A stretch of 64,000 nucleotides of DNA from Deinococcus sp. (GCA_965261005.1 OZ253375.1:960001-1024000); one strand, 5' to 3'. Positions 1 through 10,589 are shown, counted from the first letter of the stretch. Numbers and translations: made by a program. The notes: generated by a model from the letters alone, not told the origin.

Positions 1-484
1 CGAGGTGAACGGCGTCAAAGCGTTCTTCAATGCCCGCGACGGCGGCAACCAGGGCAGACACTACTCGACTGATGGCAAGCACTACGACTACGGCCTGAAG
101 TGGCAGTGCGTGGAGTTCGTGCGACGCTACTATTACGACGTGCTGGGGCATGAGTTCAGGACCAAGGGCGACGCCCACGGCTACTTCGACCACGAGGTCA
201 AGGATGGTGAAGTGAACGGCGCCCGTGGATTGGTGCAGTACGGAAATGGGAGCAAGACCAGGCCACAAGTCAACGATCTGATGGTCTTCGCGCCACACAG
301 CAGCAACGGCCATGCTGGACACGTCGCCATCGTGATCGCTGCCTCCGATGAGGGCGTCACCGTTGCCCAACAGAACGTGGACGCTACTTTCACTCAAAAA
401 TTTGATCTCAGAAATAATTCGGGTAGTTCTTGGGAAGTCTTATCTAGAACCGTCGCGGTACTTGGTTGGCTTAGAAAGGGGTAG
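1..484 (+). CDS. CHAP-domain cysteine amidase (5' end may lie outside window)
   Basis: Catalytic Cys motif YGLKWQCVEFVRRYY, catalytic His in GHVAIV, then AQQN; frame is open from the window start. Confidence 0.85.
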   Translation, partial: EVNGVKAFFNARDGGNQGRHYSTDGKHYDYGLKWQCVEFVRRYYYDVLGHEFRTKGDAHGYFDHEVKDGEVNGARGLVQYGNGSKTRPQVNDLMVFAPHSSNGHAGHVAIVIAASDEGVTVAQQNVDATFTQKFDLRNNSGSSWEVLSRTVAVLGWLRKG

Positions 485-488
485 GAAA

Positions 489-1142
489 ATGATAGAAAAG
501 GTGGTCCTGCCGGTCATTATTTCGTTTATAACGTTGAATCATAATATTGAGTCTAAAGTTTATGGAACTAAAGCGTCCTTATCAAATTCCTCCTTTTGTG
601 AAAAATATAAATGCAAACTGATAGAAAAGTCGGATTACTCTAAAGCCGCCGGTGTGCTTGGGACCGTTCAATCATTTCACGTTGTCTATCCAATCGAAGA
701 AGGTCAATCAACAGAAGGTAATTACGCTGATTTTACAGTATATAGAGACAAAACAAATATAATTATTGGGGTATCAGCTCGGTTTTTTGAAGATTACAGC
801 GGGCAGTTGATATCCTATGCCGATTCCCAATTCGCGACGGATCTAGCGTACTTAATGGTCGGTAAAAAGTACGTCATGCGACCCAACATGGGAGATGACA
901 TGAGCAGCTTATGCTTCTCCTACCTTGACAAAGATCATCAGTACAAAGTCCTCACCAAAGGGAGCGTCACTACTTCTTCGGGCGAGAAAAAGCCGTATGT
1001 GGTCTACTGCGATATTCTTCCGGGATCACCCTATCCAAACATGTTTCCGGTGAACGAAGAGCGTTACAAAGTCAAGCCCATGCTTGAAATCTTCAGCTCT
1101 GTACAATTCAAACCGGCCAAGCAGTTCGATCCCAGCAAGTAG
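489..1142 (+). CDS. hypothetical, probably exported protein (AT-rich)
   Basis: ATG at 489, 4 nt after the CHAP stop; hydrophobic N-terminus MIEKVVLPVIISFITL; several Cys; long ORF in low-GC DNA. Confidence 0.7.
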   Translation: MIEKVVLPVIISFITLNHNIESKVYGTKASLSNSSFCEKYKCKLIEKSDYSKAAGVLGTVQSFHVVYPIEEGQSTEGNYADFTVYRDKTNIIIGVSARFFEDYSGQLISYADSQFATDLAYLMVGKKYVMRPNMGDDMSSLCFSYLDKDHQYKVLTKGSVTTSSGEKKPYVVYCDILPGSPYPNMFPVNEERYKVKPMLEIFSSVQFKPAKQFDPSK

Positions 1143-1214
1143 TCGCACGCCCACAAGTCGCCGGTTCTGGTTAGGTAGCCGCCAGTCCCCTCGGCGCCCC
1201 GCTACACTGACCCC

Positions 1215-2540
1215 ATGACCGTTCGCGTGTTGCACGTGGCCTCCGAGGTGTTTCCGTTTTCGCGCAGCGGCGGGCTGGCGGACGTGCTGGGCGCCTTGCC
1301 GCAGGCCCAGGGCGAGCAGGGTTTGGAGGTGACGGTCCTTTCACCGTGGTACCGCGACCTCGTGGGCACGCCAAAGCTGGTGCTGGAGCGCGGCGAGGTC
1401 CACTTGGGCGAGTTGCGCGCAGGCGGGGTGCGCTACCTGTTTCTGGGTTTGCCCGAGTTCGATAGGCCCGGCCTCTACGCGCCTGACGACGTGTGGCGCT
1501 TCGCCAAACTGTGCCGCTTGACCTTGCCGGCGCTGGACGCCCTCGGCGTGTTCTTCGATGTGCTGCACGCCCACGACTGGGGCGCCGGGCCGCTGTGCTA
1601 CTGGGCGCGCGGGCGGGCGTTGCCGAGCCTCTTCACCGTTCACAACCTGCAATATCAGGGGAGATGGCGGGGAAGCGAGGCGCTGCTCTGGACCGGCTTG
1701 CCGGCAAGCACCTTCACGCCGCAGGGCGTGGAGTTCTACGGCGACCTCAACATGCTCAAGGCGGGCCTCAGCTACGCGGACGCCCTCAGCACCGTGTCGC
1801 CGACCTACGCCCGCGAGATCACCACGCCACAGTACGGCGAGGGCCTGGACGGCGTGCTGCGTGAGCGGATGGCGCGCGGCGAGCTGCACGGCATCCTGAA
1901 TGGCCTCGACACACAACGCTGGGACCCGCGCACGGATGAGCTGGCCGTTCCCTACGGCGACCCCGAAGGCAAGGCGGCCAACCGGGAAGTTCTGCGCGCG
2001 GAGCTGGGCCTGCGCGGCTTGCCGGTGTTGGCGGCGGTCACGCGGCTGGTGGAGCAAAAGGGGATTGATCTGCTGCTGGAGGCGCTGCCCGCGATCACCC
2101 GCGAGTGGGACGTGGCGGTGCTCGGGGGCGGCGACCCGGGCCTAGAGAGCGCCCTGCGGGACTGGGACGGCCGGGGCTTGCGCTTTTTTCAAGGTCTGGA
2201 CGAACCGCTGGCCCACCGCCTCTACGCCGGCGCCGACGCCTACGTGATGCCCAGCCGCTTCGAGCCGTGCGGCCTGTCGCAGATGATCGCCCTTCGGTAC
2301 GGCACCCCCCCCGTCGTGCGCGACACCGGCGGGCTGCACGACAGCGTGCCCAGGGACGCCGGCTTTCTGTTCGGGGTGCCCAGCGCCCGCGCCCTGACGG
2401 GGGCCGTGCGTGCGGCGCGGGCGGCCTTGAACGATCCTGCCGCTTGGCAAGCGCGAATGCGGCGCGGGATGGCCCTCGACTTTTCCTGGGCCGCCTCGGC
2501 GCGACAGTACGCGGCGCTGTATGGAAAGATCGGCGCGTGA
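1215..2540 (+). CDS. glgA: glycogen synthase
   Basis: ASEVFPFSRSGGLADV, HAHDW, TVHNLQYQG, PSRFEPCGL motifs. Confidence 0.95.
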   Translation: MTVRVLHVASEVFPFSRSGGLADVLGALPQAQGEQGLEVTVLSPWYRDLVGTPKLVLERGEVHLGELRAGGVRYLFLGLPEFDRPGLYAPDDVWRFAKLCRLTLPALDALGVFFDVLHAHDWGAGPLCYWARGRALPSLFTVHNLQYQGRWRGSEALLWTGLPASTFTPQGVEFYGDLNMLKAGLSYADALSTVSPTYAREITTPQYGEGLDGVLRERMARGELHGILNGLDTQRWDPRTDELAVPYGDPEGKAANREVLRAELGLRGLPVLAAVTRLVEQKGIDLLLEALPAITREWDVAVLGGGDPGLESALRDWDGRGLRFFQGLDEPLAHRLYAGADAYVMPSRFEPCGLSQMIALRYGTPPVVRDTGGLHDSVPRDAGFLFGVPSARALTGAVRAARAALNDPAAWQARMRRGMALDFSWAASARQYAALYGKIGA

Positions 2541-3259
2541 CTCCCCTCGCCGTCATCCTGGTGTCCCCCCGCTCTCCCGGCAACGTCGGCTCGGCGGCGC
2601 GGGCCATGCTGAACATGGGGGCGCGCGACATGCGTCTGGTGGCGCCGCGCTGCGATCCCCTCGACCCCGAGGCGCGGCGCCTCGCCGTTCACGCGCTGGA
2701 GGTACTGGAGGGGGCGCGGGTCTTTCCCGACCTCGCCAGCGCCCTCTTTGACCGTGACGTGGCCGTGGCCTCCACCGCGCGGGCGCGCAAGAATTTGCCC
2801 GCGCCGCGCCCGCCGGGGGAGCTGCGCCCCCTGATTCAGGCGGGCCGCGCCCCCGCCCTGGTCTTCGGCCCCGAGGAATCGGGCCTGACCAGCCAGGACA
2901 TCGCCTTGTGTCAAGCCAGCACCCGCCTTCCCACCGGGGACTACGCCAGCCTCAACCTCGCGCAGGCGGTGCTGCTGTGCTGCTACGAGTTTTTACAGGC
3001 GGGCGAGACCCAGCCGCCCACCTTTCAAAGCGCCACCCGCGCCGAGATGGAGGGCATGTACGGCCATTTGGAGGAGTTCATGCTGGCCGTCGGCTACACC
3101 GACCCCGTGCGCGCGCCCCAAATGCTGCGCCAATGGCGCGCCCTGCTCGACCGCGCCCGCCCAAATTCGCGCGAGGTGCAGTTTCTGCGCGGACTGTGGC
3201 AGCAGGGGTTGTGGGCGGCCCGGCGAAAGGGCGAGGACGAGCGGGACACCCTTTCTTGA
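2537..3259 (+). CDS. SPOUT RNA methyltransferase, TrmJ/LasT family
   Basis: ILVSPRSPGNVGSAARAMLNMG, LVFGPEESGL, SLNLAQAV; GTG start overlaps the glgA stop. Confidence 0.9.
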   Translation: MTPLAVILVSPRSPGNVGSAARAMLNMGARDMRLVAPRCDPLDPEARRLAVHALEVLEGARVFPDLASALFDRDVAVASTARARKNLPAPRPPGELRPLIQAGRAPALVFGPEESGLTSQDIALCQASTRLPTGDYASLNLAQAVLLCCYEFLQAGETQPPTFQSATRAEMEGMYGHLEEFMLAVGYTDPVRAPQMLRQWRALLDRARPNSREVQFLRGLWQQGLWAARRKGEDERDTLS

Positions 3260-3284
3260 CAAACCCGAGCGGCGCACTCAAGAT
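3256..3284 (+). promoter_or_regulatory. probable sigma70 promoter of a leaderless feoABC transcript
   Basis: TTGACA(3256-3261)-17 nt-CAAGAT(3279-3284), with the ATG 6 nt downstream. Confidence 0.5.
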
Positions 3285-3290
3285 TGAGGC

Positions 3291-3542
3291 ATGAACGCCC
3301 CGCACGCCGCCCCCGACAGCGTTGGACTCAGCACCCTCGATGTCGGCGCCGAGGCGCGGGTAGACGTCATAGACAAGAATCACCCGCTGCGCCGCCGCCT
3401 CTTGGAACTTGGCTTCGTGCGCGGCGCCCCCGTCAAGGTCGTGCGCCGTGCGCTTCTAGGCGACCCCACCGAGCTGGCCATCGGTGGGACGCACCTCGCC
3501 CTGCGGGCCTCGGAGTTGCGCGGCGTGTGGGTGAGGGTGTGA
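3291..3542 (+). CDS. feoA: ferrous iron transport protein A
   Basis: [27 protein letters not shown] motif; directly upstream of feoB. Confidence 0.92.
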   Translation: MNAPHAAPDSVGLSTLDVGAEARVDVIDKNHPLRRRLLELGFVRGAPVKVVRRALLGDPTELAIGGTHLALRASELRGVWVRV

Positions 3543-5761
3543 CCGCCCCACCGCCCCCCGCGGTGGACGTTCCCTGCCAAGACACCGCCCAGCGCATCAA
3601 GGCCGCGCGCCCGTTCACGGTCTTGGTGGTGGGCAACCCCAACGTCGGCAAGACCACGCTGATCAACGCCCTCGCGGGCACCAACCTCAAGGTGGGCAAC
3701 TGGTCGGGTGTCACGGTCGAGAAGCGCGAGGCGCACCTGACCCACGCCGGGCAGCGGGTCCACTTGCTGGACTTGCCGGGGGCCTACTCGCTCAGCCCGC
3801 ACACGCCCGAGGAGGTCATCACCCGCACCGCCCTGCTCGACGAGGCGCCGGACCTGATCCTGAACGTGCTGGACGCCGGCAACTTGGAGCGCAACCTCTA
3901 CCTGACGCTGCAACTGCTGGAGTTCGAGGTGCCGGTGGTCATCGCCCTGAATCTGGTGGACGAGGCGCAGGCCAAGGGGCTGAAGGTCGAGGCGGCCACC
4001 TTGGAGCGCCTCCTCGGCGTGCCGGTCGTGCCGGTGGTCGCGTCACAGGGAAAGAACGTGCGTGCGGTGCTCGACGCGGCCCTGCGCGGCGGCAGAACGG
4101 CGGGCGAACAGGTCAAGTACCCGGCCGAAGTACGGGCGGCAGCCGAAGACCTGCAAGCGGCCATGACGCCACTCCGCACCTTGCCCACCCAAGCCCGGCG
4201 CTACCTGGCGCTCGCGCTGCTGGAGGGGGACCCCACCCTGCGCTCGCGGCTGCTGGCGACCGGGCACGCGGACTTAATCGCGCGGGCGGACGCGCACGCG
4301 GGGGAGCTGGCCGGAAGCGACCTCGACCCCCTGATCGAGGTCGCCGAGGCGCGCTACGCCCGCGCGCACGATCTGACGGCCCTCTCGGTGCCGAGCGTTA
4401 CGGCCAGGCGCACCCTGACCGACCGCCTGGACAGCGTGGCGCTGCATCCCTGGCTGGGCATCCCGGTCTTTCTCTTGATGGTGCTGCTGGTCTTCCGTTT
4501 CACCTTTCAGGTGGCCGGCCCCTTCGTGGATTTGATCGGCGGGCCGCTGCAAGGTACGCTCGCGGGCTGGTCGGTCGCGCTGCTGGGGAGTTGGGCGCCC
4601 GGCTTCGTGCGCGAGTTGATCGTAGGGGCCATTATCCCCGGCGTCGGCACGGTGCTGAGCTTCCTGCCCACGCTGTTGGCGCTGTACCTGGCCATGAGCT
4701 TCCTGGAGGACAGCGGATACATGGCGCGCGCCGCCTTTTTGGCCGACCGTTTGATGCGCGCCGTGGGCCTCGACGGCAAGGCCTTTATCCCGCTGATGTT
4801 GGGCTTCGGCTGCAACGTGCCCGCCGTGTACGCCACCCGCACGCTGGAAAAACCGCGCGACCGGGTGATCGTGAGCATGGTGCTGCCCTTCATGTCGTGC
4901 AGCGCGCGGCTGCCGGTGTACATCATCTTCGCGGCGGCGCTGTTTCCGCAGGCGGGCACCTGGGTGGTGTGGGGGCTGTACATCCTGGGCCTGCTGGTCG
5001 CGGCGGGCTTCGCGTGGCTGTTGCGGCGCCTGTCGCCGGGGGAGGACGCGGGCGGCGTGATGCTGGAGCTGCCCCCCTACCGCTTGCCCACCGCCGCCGT
5101 GCTGTGGAAGCACGCGGCGGGCCGCACCCGCTCGTTCGTGAGGCGCGCCCGCACGACCGTTCTGACGACGGTAATCGTCGTCTGGGCGCTGCTCTCGATT
5201 CCCGCCGTGGAAGGAGGGCGCTTCGCCAGCGTGCCGCCCGCGCAGAGCCTGTTCGGCGCGGTCAGCCGCGCGGTCAGCCCGGTCTTCGCCCCGCTCGGCT
5301 TCGGCAATTGGCAGGCGACCGGCGCCCTGGTGCCGGGCTTTATCGCCAAGGAGGTCGTGGTGGGCACCCTGGGGCAGATCTACCTGGGCGAGCAGAGCGC
5401 CCCGCCAAGCGCGCTGGGCGTGCTGGCGGGCGCGAAGGAGGTCGCCGTGGGCACTTGGACGGCCGTGACCAGTTCGTTGGCGGCGCTGCCGACGGTGATC
5501 GCCCTGCCGCAGTTGGGCGCCGGCGTGACCAGCACCGAACAGCAAAGCCCCCTCGCGGGCGCCCTCGCGCGGGCCTTTTCCCCCGCCGCCGGCCTCGCGT
5601 ACCTGGTCTTCGTGCTGCTCTACACCCCCTGCATCGCCACGGTGGGCGCCATCGCCGCCGAGCACGGGCGCCGCGTCGCCTGGGTCACGGTCGCCTACCA
5701 GCTCGCCTGCGCCTGGCTGCTGGCGCTGATCACCTTTCAGATCGCGAGGTTCTTCCTGTGA
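3539..5761 (+). CDS. feoB: ferrous iron transport protein B
   Basis: [26 protein letters not shown] GTPase motifs plus multi-TM gate domain ([18 protein letters not shown]). Confidence 0.96.
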   Translation: MTAPPPPAVDVPCQDTAQRIKAARPFTVLVVGNPNVGKTTLINALAGTNLKVGNWSGVTVEKREAHLTHAGQRVHLLDLPGAYSLSPHTPEEVITRTALLDEAPDLILNVLDAGNLERNLYLTLQLLEFEVPVVIALNLVDEAQAKGLKVEAATLERLLGVPVVPVVASQGKNVRAVLDAALRGGRTAGEQVKYPAEVRAAAEDLQAAMTPLRTLPTQARRYLALALLEGDPTLRSRLLATGHADLIARADAHAGELAGSDLDPLIEVAEARYARAHDLTALSVPSVTARRTLTDRLDSVALHPWLGIPVFLLMVLLVFRFTFQVAGPFVDLIGGPLQGTLAGWSVALLGSWAPGFVRELIVGAIIPGVGTVLSFLPTLLALYLAMSFLEDSGYMARAAFLADRLMRAVGLDGKAFIPLMLGFGCNVPAVYATRTLEKPRDRVIVSMVLPFMSCSARLPVYIIFAAALFPQAGTWVVWGLYILGLLVAAGFAWLLRRLSPGEDAGGVMLELPPYRLPTAAVLWKHAAGRTRSFVRRARTTVLTTVIVVWALLSIPAVEGGRFASVPPAQSLFGAVSRAVSPVFAPLGFGNWQATGALVPGFIAKEVVVGTLGQIYLGEQSAPPSALGVLAGAKEVAVGTWTAVTSSLAALPTVIALPQLGAGVTSTEQQSPLAGALARAFSPAAGLAYLVFVLLYTPCIATVGAIAAEHGRRVAWVTVAYQLACAWLLALITFQIARFFL

Positions 5762-6045
5762 GCGGCCGGCTGCACACCGTCCTGAGCGTTTTCGGCGGCG
5801 CCCCCAAGACCATGCAGGAACTGGGCGCCGAACTGGGCAGCTCGCCCGACGCCATCGAGGGCATGCTGGACACCCTGCTGCGCGCGGGCTACGTACAGCC
5901 CGCCATCTCGGGCGCCGACAACTGCGGCTGTGGCGGGTGCAGCCTGAAGAGTCTCTGCCGCGCCGCCGACGGGGCGGCGCCCGCCTTGCCCCTCCTGCGC
6001 CTCACGCCGCGCGGCGAGGCGTACCTGCGCGAGCGTTCGGCTTGA
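5758..6045 (+). CDS. feoC: FeoC-like winged-helix protein with Cys cluster
   Basis: GTGA overlap with feoB; HTH segment ([28 protein letters not shown]) followed by [12 protein letters not shown]. Confidence 0.75.
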   Translation: MSGRLHTVLSVFGGAPKTMQELGAELGSSPDAIEGMLDTLLRAGYVQPAISGADNCGCGGCSLKSLCRAADGAAPALPLLRLTPRGEAYLRERSA

Positions 6046-6102
6046 CTTAAGACTGCTCACGGCGGCACGGAATTCCGTCCCCGGCCGCCCTAAATTGATG
6101 GT

Positions 6103-7827
6103 GTGACCGTCTCGCGCAAAGCCCAGGGGTTTCCGCCGCCGCCTAACTTGCGCGGCCGGGTGCGGCTGACGCGCAACTTGCTGCCGCCCGCCATCGTGCT
6201 GGTGGTCACGCTGTACGAGCTGTTCGTGGCCCATCTCGCCAGCGACGGCGGCAAGCTGTGGGCACACTTACTGTTCTACGGCTTGATCGGGCCGCTGGTG
6301 ACGTTCTTCGTGGTGAACTGGCTGGAGGAAGGCTTCGCCGCCCGCGCCCAAGCGGCGCGCGAGCTGCTGAACCTCTACGGCGAGCTGCGCGCCTCGCACA
6401 GCCAGCTCGACACGGTGCAGCGCCTGATTCGCACCCTGGCCGAGGCCGCCGACTTGGAGGAGGTGCTGGAGGCCGCCGCCGAGGGCGTGCGCCGCGCGAC
6501 CGGGGCGAGCCACGCCCGGGTGGTGCTCGACGGCGGTTTGGAGAAGATGGCGCGCGGCGACACCCTGTTGGAAGCGCCCTCGGCCGATTTGCACCCGCTG
6601 ACGCTGCCCCTGGGGGTGGGCGGCGAGGGCGTGGGCGAGCTGCAACTGCACTTCGAGGGGGCGCCCTCGCCCGAGACGCTGAGCCTGGCCGGGGCCGTCG
6701 CCGCCGAGATCGGCACGGCTGTCGAGGCGGCCCGGCGGCGGACGCGCGACCTGATCACCCTCTACGAGGTGGACCAGTCCATTCGCGCCGAGCGCAACAT
6801 GCGCCGCCTGCTGGAGCGCGTTCTTGAGAACATGTCCGCGCGCAGCGGGGCGCGGGCGCGCGCCGTCTACCTGACCGACGAGGACGGCGTGCTGCGCCCG
6901 GTCTGGTCGCAGGACTTCGCGGGCGCGCTGCACTTCGCCAGCGGCGTGCCCGGCTTTGCCAAGCAGGTGGCCCAGGCCGGCACCCCGCTGCTGGCCGGCG
7001 AGCGCGGCGCGAGCGAGGTCTTCGCGGGGGCGCGCTCCGCGCTGGGGCTGCCGATGCGCTCGGAGGAACAGCTGGTCGGCGTGATCGTGCTGGGCCACGC
7101 GGGGGCGGACGCCTTCGAGGACGCCCGCATCCCGCTGCTGGCCCTGCTCGCCAGCCAAGCCACCCTGGCGGTGCGCAACGCGCGGGCCTACTTCTACAGC
7201 GAGGAACTCGCCATCGGCGAGGAGCGCAACAGGATTGCCCGCGAGATTCACGACGGCGTGGCGCAGTCCCTCGCCTTTTGTGCCCTCAAGCTGGACCTCG
7301 CCGAGCGCCAGATCGCGCGTGAGCCAGGGCGGGCCGTGCAGGAGGTGGCGACCGCGCGCACCATTTTGCGCGAGCAGATTCGTGAGGTGCGCCGCTCGAT
7401 CTTCGCGTTGCGCCCGATTGACTTGGAGCGCTACGGCCTCCTGGAGACCATGCGGCGCTACGTGCAGGACTTCGGCGAGCAGAACGGCGTCCGCACCGCC
7501 CTGACCGTGGAGGGCGAGGTCAACCTCCCGCCCAGCGACGAGGCCGTGGTGTTCCGGCTCTTGCAAGAAAGCCTCAACAACGTCGCCAAGCACGCCCACG
7601 CCCGCGAGGTCCAAGTCTCCTTGACCGGGGGCGAACGCGCCACCCTGGAGGTTCGCGACGACGGCGCCGGCTTCGACCCGGCCGAGGCGAGCGGTCGGGT
7701 GTCGTCGGCGGGGGGCCTCGGCCTCACGCAGATGCGCGAGCGGGTGGAGAGCCGCGGCGGGCGCTATCAGGTGGAGAGTAAGCCCGGCGCGGGAACGCGG
7801 GTGCTGGCGGAGCTGCCGCAGGCGTAG
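6103..7827 (+). CDS. membrane GAF-domain sensor histidine kinase (NarX/HisKA_3 type)
   Basis: Two N-terminal TMs, GAF-like region, ERNRIAREIHDGVAQ H-box, ESLNNVAKH, DDGAGF, GLGLTQMRER. Confidence 0.92.
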   Translation: MTVSRKAQGFPPPPNLRGRVRLTRNLLPPAIVLVVTLYELFVAHLASDGGKLWAHLLFYGLIGPLVTFFVVNWLEEGFAARAQAARELLNLYGELRASHSQLDTVQRLIRTLAEAADLEEVLEAAAEGVRRATGASHARVVLDGGLEKMARGDTLLEAPSADLHPLTLPLGVGGEGVGELQLHFEGAPSPETLSLAGAVAAEIGTAVEAARRRTRDLITLYEVDQSIRAERNMRRLLERVLENMSARSGARARAVYLTDEDGVLRPVWSQDFAGALHFASGVPGFAKQVAQAGTPLLAGERGASEVFAGARSALGLPMRSEEQLVGVIVLGHAGADAFEDARIPLLALLASQATLAVRNARAYFYSEELAIGEERNRIAREIHDGVAQSLAFCALKLDLAERQIAREPGRAVQEVATARTILREQIREVRRSIFALRPIDLERYGLLETMRRYVQDFGEQNGVRTALTVEGEVNLPPSDEAVVFRLLQESLNNVAKHAHAREVQVSLTGGERATLEVRDDGAGFDPAEASGRVSSAGGLGLTQMRERVESRGGRYQVESKPGAGTRVLAELPQA

Positions 7828-7847
7828 ATACGGGTAGAGTTAAGCGC

Positions 7848-8384
7848 GTGACGTCCGTGGGATCGCCCAATACCCGTTTGATCGTGCTGCGCGGCAACTC
7901 CGGCTCGGGCAAAAGTTCGGTGGCGCGCGAGTTGCGCGCCCGCCACGGGTGGGGCCTGGCTTGGGTCGAGCAAGATTATTTTCGTCGAATCATTTTGCGC
8001 GAACTCGACGTTTCAGGTGGGGTCAACATCGGCCTGATTGACGGGGCGGTTCGCTACGCCCTCGCGCACGGTTACCACGTGGTTCTCGAAGGCATCTTCC
8101 GGGCCGACAACTCCGCGGACATGCTGCGCACCTTGAACGCCGACCACGCCGGCCAGACGGCGTTTTACTACTTCGACATTTCTTTCGAGGAAACGGCCAG
8201 ACGGCACCTAACCAGACCGCAGGCGAGCGGGTTCAGCTGCGCCGACATGCTTGCTTGGTATCGCCCACGAGACTTGCTCGGTTTACCGAACGAGCGCGTC
8301 ATCGGCGAGATGACGACGTTGCAGGAAGCGGCCGAGCGTATTCTGCTTGAGACAAACCTTTCCAAGGTGGCCGAACGCGGCTGA
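7848..8384 (+). CDS. P-loop kinase (AAA_33-like)
   Basis: LIVLRGNSGSGKS Walker A motif. Confidence 0.85.
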   Translation: MTSVGSPNTRLIVLRGNSGSGKSSVARELRARHGWGLAWVEQDYFRRIILRELDVSGGVNIGLIDGAVRYALAHGYHVVLEGIFRADNSADMLRTLNADHAGQTAFYYFDISFEETARRHLTRPQASGFSCADMLAWYRPRDLLGLPNERVIGEMTTLQEAAERILLETNLSKVAERG

Positions 8385-8422
8385 TTCCAGCGTCAAGCAA
8401 GCCCCGCGCCCAAATCTTTTTA

Positions 8423-8460
8423 CCCTCTCCCTTGCGGGAGAGGGGCCGGGGGTGAGGGGT
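8423..8460. repeat. REP-like GC-rich palindrome (CCCTCTCCC...GGGAGAGGG family), copy 1
   Basis: ccctctcccttgcgggagaggggccgggggtgagggg; related copies near 19418 and 24748; lies between convergent genes. Confidence 0.7.
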
Positions 8461-8488
8461 TGTGGCAGCTCAACGGCCCATTCCCCGT

Positions 8489-9154
8489 CTAGTCCCTATC
8501 CCCCCGAAAGCGCCGCAGCTCCTCGATGGCGTGGTTGTCGCCCACGATCACCAAGCGGTCGTGGGGCTGCAACTCGGCGTCGGCGCGCGGGGACACGTCC
8601 ACCCGGCCACCTCGGCTGACCGCGATCACCTGCACGCCAAAGCGGTTGGACAAGTTGAGGTCCTTGAGGGTGCCGCGCAAACGGTCGTTCACCTCGACCT
8701 CCACGATGGAGGTGTTGGACCCCAGATCGGGCGTGTCCTGGCGGCGCACCCCGCCGAGACGCTGGGCGGTGCGCACGCCCATGTCGTGCTCGGGGCGGAT
8801 GACCTCGTCGGCGCCGATCTTTTCCAGCACCCGCGCCGCCACCTCGTCGGTGGCCTTGCTGACGACGTGCCGCGCGCCCAGGTTCTTGGCGGCCAGCGTG
8901 GCGAGGATGTTGGCCTTGATGTCGCTGCCGATGGCGATCACGACCTCGTCGAAGTCCGCCACGCCGATGGAGCGCAGGGCGCGCTCGTCGGTCGCGTCCA
9001 GAATGGCCGCGTGCGTGACCAGGTTGGTGACGCGCTGCACGTTGTCCTCCTCCACGTCCACCGCCACGACCTCGTGCCCCAGTTCATACAGCGTGGTCGC
9101 CACGGCCGTTCCGAAACGGCCCAGGCCGACGACCAGGCATTGCTTGGCTTTCAC
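8489..9154 (-). CDS. trkA: Trk/Ktr potassium uptake NAD-binding subunit
   Basis: VVGLGRFG RCK_N domain, VIRPEHDMG, C-terminal RCK_C. Confidence 0.92.
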   Translation of the reverse strand: MKAKQCLVVGLGRFGTAVATTLYELGHEVVAVDVEEDNVQRVTNLVTHAAILDATDERALRSIGVADFDEVVIAIGSDIKANILATLAAKNLGARHVVSKATDEVAARVLEKIGADEVIRPEHDMGVRTAQRLGGVRRQDTPDLGSNTSIVEVEVNDRLRGTLKDLNLSNRFGVQVIAVSRGGRVDVSPRADAELQPHDRLVIVGDNHAIEELRRFRGDRD

Positions 9155-10500
9155 CCGATCAGGATATTCTTTTCCGCCGGATACGACACCAATTCGCCGG
9201 GGGTGCGCTGGCCCAGCGCGAGGGCGAAGGTGAGCGGCCCCACGCGGCCTAGGTACATCAGCAGCGCCAGGATCAGGTGGCCGCCGTCCCCCAGCAGCGG
9301 CGTGGTGTTCATGGAGAGGCCCACCGTGGCGTAGGCCGAGACCGTCTCGAAGGCGAGGTTGAAAAAGGGCACCTTGGGGTTGGTCAGCACCAGCAGGGCC
9401 AGCATCAAGTTGATCAGCGCCAAGCTCGAAATGCCCACCACAAAGGCGCGCAGCACGGTGGAAAAGTCAATACGCCGCTGGAAAACGCTCGGCTCGCCCC
9501 GGCCGCGCAGCAGGCTCCAGGCCGAGACCAGCATCACGAAAAAGGTGGTGGTCTTGACGCCGCCCCCCGTCGAGCCGGGGTTGGCGCCCACGAACATCAT
9601 CAGCAGGGTGAGAAACAAGGTGGCGGGCCGCATGGCGCCGTAGTCGAGGGTATTGAAGCCGGCGGTGCGCGGCATCACCCCCTCGAAGAAGCTAACCAGC
9701 AGCTTTTGCGGCCAGGGATACTGGCCGAGGGTGTCGGGGTTGGTCCATTCCAGCGCGCCCACGCCCACGGTCCCCACCACCAGCAGAATGCCCGTCATCA
9801 GCAGCGCGATGCGGGTGGTGGTGAGCAGGGGATTGCGGCGCGGGCTGAGGCGCCACGACAGCAGGTTCACAAAGGCCACGAAGCCGAAACCGCCCAGCAG
9901 CACCAGCAGGCTCACCGTGACATTGACGACCGGGTCGGTCGCGTAGCGCACCAGCGAGTCGGGATACAACGAAAAGCCCGCGTTGTTAAAGGCGCTGACC
10001 GCGTGAAACAAGGCCGAGTAGGCGCCCGGCCCCCAGCCCTCGCTCGGGCCGAAGCGCGTCAGCAGCAGCAGCGCGCCGGCCAGCTCGAACGTGAAGGTGT
10101 AGACGAAGATCAGGCGCAGCAGCGGCAGCAAGGAGCCGATGTCGAAGACGCTGATCTGCTGCGCGAGGCGCAGCCGCTCGGCGGTGCCCACCCGCCGCCC
10201 CAGAAAAAAGGCGAACAGCGTCCCGAAGGTCACGATGCCGAGGCCGCCCACCTGAATCAGCAGCAGGATCACCACTTGCCCGAAGGGGCTGAAGGTGCTG
10301 CCGGTGTCCAGCACGGTCAGGCCGGTCACGCACAGGGCGCTGGTGGCGGTGAAGAGGGCCTGGAGCAGGGTGACGGTCTTGCCGGGCGCGTGCGCGAAGG
10401 GGAGCGACAGCAGGGCGGCGCCCAGCAAGCAGCCCAGCGCGAAGGTGAGCGCGATCAGCTGCGGGGCGGACGGTTTGGCGCGGCGGGAACGGCGGGTCAT
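9151..10500 (-). CDS. trkH: Trk/Ktr potassium uptake membrane subunit
   Basis: ATSALCVTGL, SAFNNAGF, PRTAGF, SAYATVGLS pore-loop motifs. Confidence 0.93.
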   Translation of the reverse strand: MTRRSRRAKPSAPQLIALTFALGCLLGAALLSLPFAHAPGKTVTLLQALFTATSALCVTGLTVLDTGSTFSPFGQVVILLLIQVGGLGIVTFGTLFAFFLGRRVGTAERLRLAQQISVFDIGSLLPLLRLIFVYTFTFELAGALLLLTRFGPSEGWGPGAYSALFHAVSAFNNAGFSLYPDSLVRYATDPVVNVTVSLLVLLGGFGFVAFVNLLSWRLSPRRNPLLTTTRIALLMTGILLVVGTVGVGALEWTNPDTLGQYPWPQKLLVSFFEGVMPRTAGFNTLDYGAMRPATLFLTLLMMFVGANPGSTGGGVKTTTFFVMLVSAWSLLRGRGEPSVFQRRIDFSTVLRAFVVGISSLALINLMLALLVLTNPKVPFFNLAFETVSAYATVGLSMNTTPLLGDGGHLILALLMYLGRVGPLTFALALGQRTPGELVSYPAEKNILIG

Positions 10501-10560
10501 AAACGCGCGATTTTACCGCACGGGTACGGTCACCATACGACACGGCGCACGCCGGTGCAT

Positions 10561-10589
10561 GTAGGGGAGAGTTTCAAACCCTCCCCTAC
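10561..10589. repeat. GTAG-type REP palindrome, copy 1
   Basis: GTAGGGGAGAGTTTCAAACCCTCCCCTAC; near-identical copy at 44360-44388. Confidence 0.7.

Noticed and set aside
3264..3282. HAIR-like half site (ACTCAAG) upstream of feoA
   Set aside because: Spacing is 5 nt rather than 7 and the left arm is poor
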